Translations under genes and position numbers: made by a program
Notes under the pieces: model-generated
What the model saw: the letters and a program-made list of their open reading frames with translations, nothing else
What the model was told of the DNA's origin: nothing
The model's database searches: none
Shown here: positions 63,613-64,000 of the stretch, in pieces
Position numbering within the stretch: the stretch's first letter is position 1
How the letters are laid out: the number at the start of each line of letters is the position of its first letter
NCBI GenBank assembly: GCA_029953675.1
Contig: JAMWBK010000004.1
Location: forward strand, 1,240,001 to 1,304,000
Direction of reading: 5' to 3'
From: Rhodosorus marinus CCMP1338
Lineage: Eukaryota > Plantae > Rhodophyta
Length of the DNA stretch: 64,000 nt

Positions 63613-64000
63613 GCAAATTGCTTTAAGAAAAGCGCGAGTACTTCGCCGCGCTTAGTCTTTTTTTCCCCTCGGGGTTTTTTTTTTCAGCCTCCGATTAAAC
63701 CATTCGTTCGTTCGAAGAAAAGCTCAGAAACCACTGTATGTAAGGGTGTCAGGGCTAGAGCCTCAGGACGATGACCTACACAAACTACAAGAAGTTCCCG
63801 CGCTTTTGAGGGACCCTGAATGTCTTATCTATTCTGAACAGGCTTTTGGAGTGTTTTTGGATAACGTCTATACATAAAGGGATGATTCTAGGGTCAGTCG
63901 GCGTTAGATGCAGTGATAATTTACCTGGCTGATCCACTGTCCGCGTTGTTCCCAAACGCGCGACGTGAGTTGGGACCTCTGAGTTTCACCATGTCTTAGC

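Overview
Compact, intron-rich eukaryotic nuclear DNA with short GT-AG introns (mostly about 60-130 nt). It is most likely a red alga. This is an inference from several nuclear genes that have signal-peptide-less transit peptides with an early Phe (MIAF, MAFCF, MGLCFV, MLLSFVF) and cyanobacterial or plastid-type products. About 21 protein genes can be supported: DENR, RTF1, prefoldin 4, an LYR protein, transportin-1, a BRK-Myb-BRK protein, CCT4, a SCAMP-like protein, a bacterial-type purine phosphoribosyltransferase, a RING-H2 ligase, a DUF2834-like membrane protein, G3BP-like, a plastid membrane protein, PC4, a KEA K+/H+ antiporter, FMT, Rab2, a Pro/Tyr-rich protein, a VHL-beta protein, a PPR protein, a SLOG/DprA-like protein and a large SNF5-domain protein. 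The standout is at 33300-34274. A small conserved plastid membrane protein gene has a 567-nt intron that encodes a complete, Met-less, bacterial-type DUF402 (FomD/Ntdp-like nucleotide phosphatase) domain in frame with exon 1. Splicing would give the canonical membrane protein. Intron retention or intronic polyadenylation would give a transit peptide + 2 TM + DUF402 fusion. Also present are a decayed tandem partial gene duplicate carrying a 120-bp hAT-like MITE, a perfect 57-bp tandem duplication and several decayed AT-rich intergenic blocks. All gene models, family assignments and exon boundaries were made by eye from remembered motifs; no database searches were run.
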